Assembly (NCBI GenBank): GCA_028355015.1
Contig: JAOMRN010000003.1
Coordinates: forward strand, 48,142 to 112,141
Direction of reading: 5' to 3'
DNA: 64,000 bases
Source: Methanobacteriota archaeon
Lineage (GTDB): Archaea; Thermoplasmatota; Poseidoniia; Poseidoniales; Thalassarchaeaceae
In this document: positions 9,810 to 19,063 of the stretch, piece by piece
Position numbering within the stretch: position 1 is the first letter of the stretch
Layout of the letters: every line of letters starts with the position of its first letter
Made by a program: the position numbers and the translations under genes
Notes under the pieces: generated by a model
The model's input: only the letters and a program-made list of their open reading frames with translations
What the model was told of the DNA's origin: nothing
Databases searched by the model: none

Positions 9810-10658
9810 ATGAGTAATTTAGCTGAATCAAACCATCTAAAGAAAAATTATAGATCAATGATTCATGAGGTAATATTTGAGGCAGATACACCATCAGGGA
9901 AGTTATTTGACATTATTCTATTATTTTCTATTTCTGCATCTGTACTTGCAGTTTCTTTAGAAAGTGTTGACTCAATTAATCATGTATATGGGGATGAATT
10001 GTATGCCATAGAATGGCTCTTTACAATTCTTTTCTCTATAGAATATTTACTACGATTATACTCTGTTATGAAACCTATAAAATATGCAACATCATTCTTT
10101 GGTGTTGTGGATTTAGTCTCAATTTTACCCAGCTTTATAGGTTTATTATTTCCTTTAGCCGGTTTCCAAAGTCTTCTTGTACTTCGTGCACTACGCCTTC
10201 TAAGGATATTTAGGATATTCAAATTAACTCGATACCTAGGTGAAGCTACTGCATTAAGTCAAGCAATAATTAAATCTAAAAATCGTATTATTGTTTTTCT
10301 CTCTACTATTATAGTTCTCAGTTTCATAACTGGGGCTGGAATGTATTTAGTCGAAGGGCCTTCTAATGGTTTTACTTCAATACCTCAGAGTGTATATTGG
10401 GCGATTACTACACTAACGAGTACGGGATATGGAGATACGGTTCCTCAGACTCCGTTAGGGAAAATGCTTGCAATTTTTATCATGATTATGGGTTATAGTT
10501 TGATAATTGTTCCCACTGGAATAATTACAAATCAGTTGGTTAAATCCACTGAGATAAGTACACAAGCATGCCCTTATTGCTCTAAAGATGGGCATGATAT
10601 TAATGCTAAACATTGCAAATATTGCGGTACAGAACTTAATCCAGTAGACTTACAATAA
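9810..10658 (+). CDS. Voltage-gated potassium channel (6TM) with C-terminal Zn ribbon
   Basis: S4 LRALRLLRIFRIFKL, filter TSTGYGD, CPYC..CKYC. Confidence 0.92.
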   Translation: MSNLAESNHLKKNYRSMIHEVIFEADTPSGKLFDIILLFSISASVLAVSLESVDSINHVYGDELYAIEWLFTILFSIEYLLRLYSVMKPIKYATSFFGVVDLVSILPSFIGLLFPLAGFQSLLVLRALRLLRIFRIFKLTRYLGEATALSQAIIKSKNRIIVFLSTIIVLSFITGAGMYLVEGPSNGFTSIPQSVYWAITTLTSTGYGDTVPQTPLGKMLAIFIMIMGYSLIIVPTGIITNQLVKSTEISTQACPYCSKDGHDINAKHCKYCGTELNPVDLQ

Positions 10659-13600
10659 ATTTCACATTAATTCCATCTACTTCGAAGGAATTGAGATTCT
10701 TAGGAATTTTTTCATCATTTAGAGTTGCATCCCCTGCTCTAGTTTCTGTCTGGATATGGTTCCAATCTTCCACAAACAGATCTTGTCCTTCAACCCAAAC
10801 TTCTAGTTTTATAGATGATTCAACTTCAAGGTTCATTTCTTTCCTCTTAGCTTGTACATGTCTAATAATATCTCTCGATAATCCCTTTGATAATAATTCT
10901 TCATCAAGTCTCATATCTAATACTAGTGAGACATCTCCTATTTCATCCACAGAAATAGTTGCAGCCGCATATCCTTCTTTTTCTACTCTCCTAATTTCTA
11001 TATCTTCCATCGTGATATCATACCCTTCTAAGATACAGATTTCTGCCTCAATCTCAAGTAGAATATTATCTGGATCTGCTTCTGATAGTAAATTCAATAC
11101 TGCTGGTAAATCTTGCCTACACTTTTTCCCTAATGCTTTTCTATTAGGCGCGATTTCAATTTTTTGAAACCTATCTAGGTCTTCCTCTGTTGTCAAAGAA
11201 ACAACGTTCAATTCTTCTGCTAAGATATCATGAAATTCAGATATATCGGGTCCTCCTACTATCCATCCAGATTTGCAAGGTAATCGCTGTCTTCTACCTG
11301 CTTCTACTCTTACTCTTCTACCTGTTTCTGCTAATTTTCTAACTAATGCCATTTCTTGTTCTAGTACCCAGTTTTGAGTTGGTAAATTACTCGATACTAG
11401 TGATGAACCAACTGGCCAGTCTGCAAGATGAACTGATAATCCAGTCAAGTCTCTATGGATTTGGTCTGGTATGAAAGGTGCTACCGGTGCCATCAAACGG
11501 CAAACAGTGAGTAAAATTTCATGTAAAGTATGTTGACAAGATCTCTTATCATTACTATCATCTTCATTCCATAACCTTCTCCTTGATCTTCTGACATACC
11601 AGTTCGATAAATCATTAATTACAAAATTCTCTAGTTCTCTCCCTGCTTTATGGAAATCCCATGATACAAAATTTTCATGATAACTTTCAGCTACTGTGGC
11701 CATACGTGATAATACCCATTGATCAAGAGGACTCCTCTCCTTGACATTCACATGTCCCAAACTATCTTCAGGATCGAATCCATCTAGTGCTGCATAATCC
11801 GAGTAAAAACGATGTACATTCCATAGTGTCAGAAACATTTTAGCATAAGATTCTCTAACTCCATTTGAATCGAAGTTAGTTGGTGTCCAGGGGGCGCTCT
11901 GTGTCATCATATACCATCTAATAGAATCTGAACCCTCTTTATTGAAATGGTCCCAAGGATTGACTACATTTCCTCTCGACTTACTCATTTTCTTACCATC
12001 TTTGTCAAGGATATGTCCGAGTGAAAGACATCTTTTGTATGCTACATTATCGAAAACAGTAGTTGAAACGGCAAGTAGTGAGTAAAACCACCCTCTTGTT
12101 TGGTCTACGGCTTCACAGATATAATCTACCGGAAAAACTCCCTCGAATTTTTCTTTATTTTCAAATGGATAATGCCATTGAGCGAAAGAAGCACAACCTG
12201 AATCGAACCAACAGTCCATGACATAAGGTTCTCTAATCATTTCTCCTGAACATCCTTCATTATTGCAATTTAATTTCACATCATCCACATATGGCCTGTG
12301 TAATTCAGGAGGTTTAGGAGAGTCATCTGTTTTCATAGACATCATTTCATCGATACTTCCAATACAATGTTCATACTGACACTCTTGACAAATCCATACA
12401 GGTATTGGTGTCCCCCAGTATCTTTCACGACTAATAGCCCAATCTTTGATATTTGAGAGCCATTCTCCCATTCTTTTCGAACCAGTCCATTCGGGTGCCC
12501 ATTCTACTTCTGCATTATATTCTATAATTTGTTCACGCACTGCAGTCATTTTTACGAACCAACTATCCATTGCGTAGTATAGTAGCGGATGATCAGTTCT
12601 CCAACAATGTGGGTAGTCGTGTGTGTAGATGTGTTCTCGATATAAACTACCATTTTTACTAAGTAAGTCAATAATATCTGAGTCACACTCCTTAACATAT
12701 CTACCATCCAATTCTTGGTGAGTACCCCGAATAAATTTCCCATCAATACCTACTGTATGTTGTGCTGGAAATCCTTCTTTCATACCAAGATTATAATCGT
12801 CTTCCCCATACATAACTGCTGTATGAACCACTCCTGTCCCATCGCTAGTTGTAACGAAATCCGCTCCAACTACTGTCCACGCATTGGAATTACTTCCATC
12901 TATTGCACCCGGAAACAGTGGTTCATATGATTTACCAATTAATTCTGAACCAGGAAATTCTTCCAAAACTTCCATCTTATGACGTAGGACATTCCCTAGC
13001 AGATCTTTAGCCAGTATTAGTTCTTCACCTAGATTTGCACCCCCTCTACCTTCCCAAGAATTAGATGGCTCAGCGGTCACTTTAACACGGCAATAAGTTA
13101 CTTCAGGTCCTACTGCTAAACCTACGTTCCCAGGTAATGTCCAAGGAGTAGTTGTCCAAGCTAATATTGAGGCGTCGCTATCTGTTAATTTGAATTTTAT
13201 AAAAACTGCTGGTTCCGAGACTTCTTTGTAACCCTGTGCGACCTCGTGACTCGAATAACTAGTGCCTGTTTGAGGGCAATATGGTAATACTTTATGTCCT
13301 CTGAATAGAAGTCCCTTGTCGAACATTTGCTTCAACGACCACCAAGCTGATTCTATGTAATTATCATGTAGAGTGACATAAGGGTCGTCCATATCTACCC
13401 AGAATCCCATTCTTTCAGTCATTTCTCTCCATGCCTGTTCATAAGTCCACACACTCTCTTTACATTTCTGATTAAATGCTTCCATGCCGTATGCTTCAAT
13501 AGCCTCATTAGACATTAAATCAAGTTGTTTCTGGACCTCAATTTCCACAGGTAAACCATGAGTGTCCCAGCCCGCTTTTCTTTCAACTATATGGCCTTCC

Positions 13601-13827
13601 ATTGTTTTCCATCTACACACCATATCTTTGTAAAGTCGAGAAATTACATGATGGATTCCTGGTTTTCCATTTGCAGTAGGTGGACCTTCAAGAAAAGTAA
13701 ATGGTGAGTTTCCATTTCTTCTTTGTTCAATAGATTGAGTGAATGTTTTTTCATTATTCCATGTCTCAATTAAAGAAGTCTCAAGAGCTACTGGGTCTAG
13801 TTCGCCAGCGGTCTTAGGTACGGTCAT
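10636..13827 (-). CDS. ileS: Isoleucine--tRNA ligase (type 2)
   Basis: EGPPTANG, GWDTHGLP, AWTTTPWTLP, DWAISRERYWG, DQTRGWF, KMSKS. Confidence 0.98.
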   Translation of the reverse strand: MTVPKTAGELDPVALETSLIETWNNEKTFTQSIEQRRNGNSPFTFLEGPPTANGKPGIHHVISRLYKDMVCRWKTMEGHIVERKAGWDTHGLPVEIEVQKQLDLMSNEAIEAYGMEAFNQKCKESVWTYEQAWREMTERMGFWVDMDDPYVTLHDNYIESAWWSLKQMFDKGLLFRGHKVLPYCPQTGTSYSSHEVAQGYKEVSEPAVFIKFKLTDSDASILAWTTTPWTLPGNVGLAVGPEVTYCRVKVTAEPSNSWEGRGGANLGEELILAKDLLGNVLRHKMEVLEEFPGSELIGKSYEPLFPGAIDGSNSNAWTVVGADFVTTSDGTGVVHTAVMYGEDDYNLGMKEGFPAQHTVGIDGKFIRGTHQELDGRYVKECDSDIIDLLSKNGSLYREHIYTHDYPHCWRTDHPLLYYAMDSWFVKMTAVREQIIEYNAEVEWAPEWTGSKRMGEWLSNIKDWAISRERYWGTPIPVWICQECQYEHCIGSIDEMMSMKTDDSPKPPELHRPYVDDVKLNCNNEGCSGEMIREPYVMDCWFDSGCASFAQWHYPFENKEKFEGVFPVDYICEAVDQTRGWFYSLLAVSTTVFDNVAYKRCLSLGHILDKDGKKMSKSRGNVVNPWDHFNKEGSDSIRWYMMTQSAPWTPTNFDSNGVRESYAKMFLTLWNVHRFYSDYAALDGFDPEDSLGHVNVKERSPLDQWVLSRMATVAESYHENFVSWDFHKAGRELENFVINDLSNWYVRRSRRRLWNEDDSNDKRSCQHTLHEILLTVCRLMAPVAPFIPDQIHRDLTGLSVHLADWPVGSSLVSSNLPTQNWVLEQEMALVRKLAETGRRVRVEAGRRQRLPCKSGWIVGGPDISEFHDILAEELNVVSLTTEEDLDRFQKIEIAPNRKALGKKCRQDLPAVLNLLSEADPDNILLEIEAEICILEGYDITMEDIEIRRVEKEGYAAATISVDEIGDVSLVLDMRLDEELLSKGLSRDIIRHVQAKRKEMNLEVESSIKLEVWVEGQDLFVEDWNHIQTETRAGDATLNDEKIPKNLNSFEVDGINVKFIVSLLD

Positions 13828-13932
13828 GTCGATACCGACAGGATATGCTTTCTTGAACGTGACTAATCAAGATGAAACTGAATTAGCAAATAACCACGCC
13901 TTCAAAAGGTAGTGCCTAGTGGAAGATATTAG

Positions 13933-14574
13933 ATGTCAGAGGCTGTTTCAATAGAGGTTGGTGGAATGACCTGTACTGGTTGCTCTGATAGAGTCAAAAA
14001 TGCTCTTGAAGAAATAACTGGAGTTCATTCAGCGGAAGTTTCTCACGAATCAGGAATGGCTATCATTCAACACGATAATGTATCTAGAGATTCAATGGCA
14101 TCTAGTATCCTATCGATAGGCTATACTGTTGATGGTAAGGGTGAAGAATTTAATTGGCGCGATAGTAGTGTTTGGAAACAATCAGCACACAATACAAAGT
14201 GGTGTTTAGTTGGTTGCAGTATTGGCGATTTTGGTACTATTGCAGCCTTCCAATTTGTATTTACGGATTCAGGCTGGACTCCTATGATGATTATGTTACT
14301 GGCTATGTTTAATGGAATTATGACATCCATCGCACTTGAAACAGTAATTTTATCAGCTCAAATGGCTTTAAAAGAGGCTTTTAGGGTAGCAGTGGGGATG
14401 TCATTAATCTCAATGATTTCTATGGAGGCTGCAATGAATATAGTGGATTTAGCTTTAACAGGCGGTGCTAAACTTACTTGGTGGGTAATCATACCTATGT
14501 TTATAGCGGGATTTCTCACTCCTTGGCCGTATAATTATTGGCGACTTAAAAAGTACGGTGTTGCATGTCATTAA
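13933..14574 (+). CDS. HMA domain fused to DUF4396-like membrane domain (metal/copper related)
   Basis: GMTCTGC HMA motif; CLVGCSIGD, SMISME, PYNYWRLK. Confidence 0.8.
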   Translation: MSEAVSIEVGGMTCTGCSDRVKNALEEITGVHSAEVSHESGMAIIQHDNVSRDSMASSILSIGYTVDGKGEEFNWRDSSVWKQSAHNTKWCLVGCSIGDFGTIAAFQFVFTDSGWTPMMIMLLAMFNGIMTSIALETVILSAQMALKEAFRVAVGMSLISMISMEAAMNIVDLALTGGAKLTWWVIIPMFIAGFLTPWPYNYWRLKKYGVACH

Positions 14575-14586
14575 GGTGGTATTAGA

Positions 14587-15363
14587 ATGTCGAAGTGGAA
14601 AAATCTTAGCGAAGATATCTCCAATTGGATTTTGGACTATGCCAATAGCAATAATATTTCTACTCTAGTAGTTGGAGTTTCAGGAGGTATCGATTCTGCT
14701 GTGACTTCTACACTCTGTGCTAAAACAGGTTTGAGAACTCTAGTAATCAACATGCCCATACATCAGAATGATTCAGAGTATAATCTTTCTAACCAACATA
14801 TGATGTGGTTGAGGTCAAATTGGGATAATGTAGAAAGTCATATAATTAACTTATCAAAAACTTTTGATGTTCTGAAAAATGAACTTAGTAAGAAAGAGGT
14901 CTCTGATATTGCTATGGTAAATACGAGAGCTAGGATCAGAATGGCAACATTATATTCATTGGCTGGTTCAAATAATGGTATAGTAGTTGGGACTGGAAAT
15001 AAAGTTGAAGACTTTGGAGTAGGGTTCTTCACTAAATATGGTGATGGGGGAGTTGATATTTCTCCTATTGCTGATATGTACAAATCAGAGGTATATCTCT
15101 TAGCAGATTCTTTAGGTATAATTCAAGAAATCCAAGAAGCCGCACCTACAGACGGCCTTTGGTCCGATGGTAGAACTGATGAAGATCAAATAGGTGCGAC
15201 ATATGATGAATTAGAGTGGGCTATGAATGAAATTGACAACCCCTCTGCTGAAAAAGAACTTAATGAAAGGCTTGCGGAAGTGATGAGAATTTATCTGAAA
15301 CTTAATTCAATGAATTCTCATAAAATGAACCCAATTCCTATTTTTAAATATAATAAACGATGA
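14587..15363 (+). CDS. nadE: NH3-dependent NAD+ synthetase
   Basis: GVSGGIDS, NTRARIRM, GFFTKYGDG, PTDGLW. Confidence 0.95.
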   Translation: MSKWKNLSEDISNWILDYANSNNISTLVVGVSGGIDSAVTSTLCAKTGLRTLVINMPIHQNDSEYNLSNQHMMWLRSNWDNVESHIINLSKTFDVLKNELSKKEVSDIAMVNTRARIRMATLYSLAGSNNGIVVGTGNKVEDFGVGFFTKYGDGGVDISPIADMYKSEVYLLADSLGIIQEIQEAAPTDGLWSDGRTDEDQIGATYDELEWAMNEIDNPSAEKELNERLAEVMRIYLKLNSMNSHKMNPIPIFKYNKR

Positions 15364-15393
15364 TTTCAATAGTAATAATCTTTCGCAAAACCC

Positions 15394-15915
15394 ATGGGTT
15401 CCTCAGAAGGATATGCTGATAGCGGCCATATTATGGCAGTTGAATTTGATAAAAAGATAATTATTTACTGGTGGTTAGTAGCAAATATGACTTTACTTTC
15501 TACTATCATAGGCATAGTAGTAATGATTTTTTGGGTACCATTTGGATGGTTGATTCATAAGAAACAGTATGAGCACATGTCTGCGGCTTTGACCGACCGT
15601 TCCGTCAATATGAGGATGGGTTGGTTGTTCAAGAAACAGCAAAATATCCCATTAGATAAATTAACTGATGTATCAATACACGAGGGTCCTATCCTGAATG
15701 CATTCGGAGTTGTCAGAATGCAATTCGAGACAGCGGGAGCCGCTCCATTTATCTTGACTGGTGTAAAAAACTCAGAGCAATTTCGTGACCTTGTACTTAG
15801 GCAAAGGGACTCTTTAGTTTCCAATCCTCAACACGCTGGCCCCTCAATTAGTTCGAACGAGGTACTTGTTGAAATCAGAGATTTACTAAAGAGTATAGAT
15901 TCTAGGCTTGAGTAA
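15394..15915 (+). CDS. Membrane protein with bacterial PH (bPH_2/YdbS-like) domain
   Basis: TM hairpin then GWLFKKQQNIPLDKLTDV..GP..FETAG. Confidence 0.8.
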   Translation: MGSSEGYADSGHIMAVEFDKKIIIYWWLVANMTLLSTIIGIVVMIFWVPFGWLIHKKQYEHMSAALTDRSVNMRMGWLFKKQQNIPLDKLTDVSIHEGPILNAFGVVRMQFETAGAAPFILTGVKNSEQFRDLVLRQRDSLVSNPQHAGPSISSNEVLVEIRDLLKSIDSRLE

Positions 15916-15987
15916 CTACTTCACTAATGATGAATTATTCAACGCTACATTACAAAATACCAATACTAGTTACTTCTCGCAATATAC

Positions 15988-16515
15988 ATGGCTGAAGACC
16001 TCGAGGAGCCGAAATACGATTTAATACTTGATTTCGGGTCTTTTGAAACGCGCCTCTATCATGATACAATACAAGCTCGCGTTAATACAAATGGGGAAAG
16101 TCAAGATAGTATCTCTAATGGTTTCAGAACTATAGCCGGATACATATTCGGAAGTAATAATTCAGGTAAAAAAATAGCGATGACCGCCCCAGTTCATATG
16201 TGGAGTGAAGAAGAAATGACAAAAATGGCTTTCACTATGCCTTCAGAACATGAATTGTCAGATTTACCTATTCCGAATAATTCTTCTATCGAGATAGTTG
16301 AAGTTGAAGGTAAATTAACTGCTGCAATGAAATTTTCTGGCTTCGCTAGTCGGAGAAAAACTCATAGATTAAGTAAAAAACTATTAAAATTTATTTTACA
16401 AAATAAATTAGAACCCACCTCCTCTCATATATTGGCGATTTATGATAATCCTTGGACTACATTGCCTTTTTTGAGAAGAAATGAAATATTAATACCAATA
16501 AAAGATAATTTTTAG
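15988..16515 (+). CDS. SOUL family heme-binding protein
   Basis: GFRTIAGYIFG, IAMTAPV, YDNPWT..RRNEI. Confidence 0.9.
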   Translation: MAEDLEEPKYDLILDFGSFETRLYHDTIQARVNTNGESQDSISNGFRTIAGYIFGSNNSGKKIAMTAPVHMWSEEEMTKMAFTMPSEHELSDLPIPNNSSIEIVEVEGKLTAAMKFSGFASRRKTHRLSKKLLKFILQNKLEPTSSHILAIYDNPWTTLPFLRRNEILIPIKDNF

Positions 16516-16543
16516 TTTATATGATACAGTTTGAGGTGAATTA

Positions 16544-17260
16544 ATGAATATGCAGAGGTGTGGTGAGGATGAAGTTCTTTCAGCTTTTGAGAATAATGAA
16601 AATATAAGCCTTATTTTAGTGAAAAGAGAATCTTCTTCGTCTAAACTTCGAGAAATACTAGGATATGCTGAACGCTTGAAAATCAAGATTATTCATGGTT
16701 CAGAAAATGATCTTTGGAGAATGTCTCGGAATAATAGTCAAGGTGTCCCGAATATACTTGCTTTGGTAGGCCGTAACCCTGATTCTTCATTGGAAGAAGT
16801 TTTCTCTAATGGGGGTCTTGTCTGGCTTCTTGCAGGTGCGGCTTATCCAGTTAATATTGGTTTTTGTATAAGGACTGCAGAGGTTTCTGGAGCTAGTGCT
16901 GTCATAGTAGATGCCGAATTAAACAATCAGGAAAGAAGTGCCGCGAAACGTGCATCAATGAAAGCACATAGATTTTTACCAGTGCATTGGACTTCTGGAT
17001 TTGATGCAATAATATTGGCAAAGAAATTTGGTTTTAGAATAATTTCGGTAGAAGATGTAGGTACTGCCGCTCCTTGGGAAGTTGATATGACAGGAAATGT
17101 AGTTCTGATAGTTGGTGGTGAGAGAAATGGCATATCTGAAGAGATTCTATCTGAATCAGATGAAATAGTTCGTATACCTATGTCTGGTTTCGTCCCTTCG
17201 TTTAATCTTCAGGCTCCATTAAGTGCAGTCGCTATTGAAGCACAAAGACAGAGAAGTTAG
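16544..17260 (+). CDS. TrmH/SpoU family RNA methyltransferase
   Basis: PVNIGFCIRTA, VGGERNGIS, IPMSGFVPSFN. Confidence 0.88.
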   Translation: MNMQRCGEDEVLSAFENNENISLILVKRESSSSKLREILGYAERLKIKIIHGSENDLWRMSRNNSQGVPNILALVGRNPDSSLEEVFSNGGLVWLLAGAAYPVNIGFCIRTAEVSGASAVIVDAELNNQERSAAKRASMKAHRFLPVHWTSGFDAIILAKKFGFRIISVEDVGTAAPWEVDMTGNVVLIVGGERNGISEEILSESDEIVRIPMSGFVPSFNLQAPLSAVAIEAQRQRS

Positions 17261-17317
17261 TCATAATTAGATAAATCACCTTTATGCTTTATCGAGTCCC
17301 TACGTCACCCGGTAGTT

Positions 17318-19063
17318 GTGAATGTACCTAGTGAGTTAACTTTGATGCTTGATGGCAAACATGGTACAACTAAACAGAAGGCAGCGCGACTTGTAGTCGA
17401 TCTTGCATCGACAGCAGGGGCGATAGATTTTGTCAGATGTGAACACGCTCATGTTTCAGGTGTTAGTGTAATTACTGGAGGTCATGGTCTTCGTAGATTC
17501 CTATCGGACTTGGCAGGAGATGTTGAAGGAGTTGTTTCAATACCTACTACTCTCAACTCAGCAGGCTGTGATAGGGAGAAAATGGAGCAAATGGGTATCG
17601 ACTATCCAGACTTTTTGAAACATCAATTTGAGATTATTGAAGCCTATTCTAATCTAGGCATTGATGCCACATTATCTTGTACACCCTATGATAGAGGAGT
17701 AGAATTATCTGAAGGTATAGGTTCTTGGGCGGAATCAAATGCTGTCTGTTTTTCAAATTCTTATACCTCTTTAATCACTAATCGTGAATCTGGTTTATCT
17801 GCATTAGCTACTGCATTAACTGGATGGGCTCCTCTTTGGGGGCTTCACTTAGATGAGAACCGTTTCCCTAATATTCATGTAAAAGTTCAATGTTCCATGG
17901 GAAATATTTCCGACTGGAGTGTATTAGGTGATTGGATTGGTAAACAAATACGGCCTGAATGGAAACTTCCTTGGGGTATGATGCCACATATTTCTGGTCT
18001 CCCAGAATTTGCTAGTTTCGAAATGCGTAAGGCTTTAACAGCAGCAGCAGCAAATTATGGATGTCCTATGCTCTGGGCCGATGGCCATACAGTTTCTCCT
18101 CCCTATACTGATTCTTATGAAGGTGAATTAATATTCACAGAGAGTGACTTACAGATTCGTTATCAAGAATTAGCACCTAAAGGAATTGTTGATTTAGTTG
18201 TAATCGGTTGTCCTCAGGCGAGTGTTGGCGAAGTTAGAACTACTGCCTCTTTTGTTCGTTCGAGAATGGAGCTTGGGGAGGTTATTCCTAATCAGAGATT
18301 ATGGGTATTTACGAGTGGTCATAATTATGAGATATTAGAATCTGATGGTACTATCGATATTCTCGAAGAAGCAGGTGCATTAATTTTGAAAGATACTTGT
18401 CCAGAAGTCACTCCATATAACAGAAACAAGTACAATCATATATTGACTAACTCTCTAAAGGCTGAACATTATCTGACCTCTGGATTGAATAAAATGCCAA
18501 CTAGTGTATCTACAATCTCAGAATGCGTTGCCCATGCTTTTGATCCAACTCTAATTCAATCACCTAGGCCGAAATTAGGACATAATAATGTCAAACCAAT
18601 GTTCTCCAATAAAATTCATAAATCTGGTGAATTAAATCTTCTCGGAAAAAGTCTCCCTAGCCAGACAGAGTGGTCAATCGAAGGTCGAGCTTTGGTTACA
18701 GACGTTCCAATTACTTACCTCGGATATGTGAACAGAGACACAGGAGTTATTGAAGAGAGAGGTCATCCACTTGATGGTACAGCAATTGAAGATACGATTT
18801 TGATATATCCAAAAGGCTCAGGTTCAACAGTAGCACCATTTGTTTTAATGGGTTTAATGTATACTGGTAAAGGACCTAAGGCCATATTAAATTGTGATGT
18901 ATGCCCTCTTACTTTACCAGCAGCCTCTCTGTTAAACGTCCCTTATGCACATGGTTTCAACTTAGATCCGACTTTAGAAATAAATAGTGGCGACCAGGTA
19001 TCGATGTCACTTAGAGATGGGATTGTCAGTGTTTCCGTCATATCTCGTACAAGCGAGGATTGA
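17318..19063 (+). CDS. Aconitase X, fused large (DUF521) + small swivel (DUF126) domains; candidate phosphomevalonate dehydratase
   Basis: AHVSGVS, SCTPY, WAESNA..TNRES, IGCPQAS, DTC, TNSLK; C-terminal GVIEERGHPLDG..PKGSGSTV. Confidence 0.88.
   Translation: MNVPSELTLMLDGKHGTTKQKAARLVVDLASTAGAIDFVRCEHAHVSGVSVITGGHGLRRFLSDLAGDVEGVVSIPTTLNSAGCDREKMEQMGIDYPDFLKHQFEIIEAYSNLGIDATLSCTPYDRGVELSEGIGSWAESNAVCFSNSYTSLITNRESGLSALATALTGWAPLWGLHLDENRFPNIHVKVQCSMGNISDWSVLGDWIGKQIRPEWKLPWGMMPHISGLPEFASFEMRKALTAAAANYGCPMLWADGHTVSPPYTDSYEGELIFTESDLQIRYQELAPKGIVDLVVIGCPQASVGEVRTTASFVRSRMELGEVIPNQRLWVFTSGHNYEILESDGTIDILEEAGALILKDTCPEVTPYNRNKYNHILTNSLKAEHYLTSGLNKMPTSVSTISECVAHAFDPTLIQSPRPKLGHNNVKPMFSNKIHKSGELNLLGKSLPSQTEWSIEGRALVTDVPITYLGYVNRDTGVIEERGHPLDGTAIEDTILIYPKGSGSTVAPFVLMGLMYTGKGPKAILNCDVCPLTLPAASLLNVPYAHGFNLDPTLEINSGDQVSMSLRDGIVSVSVISRTSED

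Noticed and set aside
10691-11167. Antisense and nested ORFs in the track (e.g. 10691-11167, 43151-43759, 48318-48782, 58043-58489, 24687-25142)
   Set aside because: Shadows of well-supported genes; no motifs or start signals.
12590-13280. Partial loss of CxxC motifs in IleRS (CPQT, CWRT)
   Set aside because: Such degeneration is common among type 2 IleRS; the other Cys pairs are intact.
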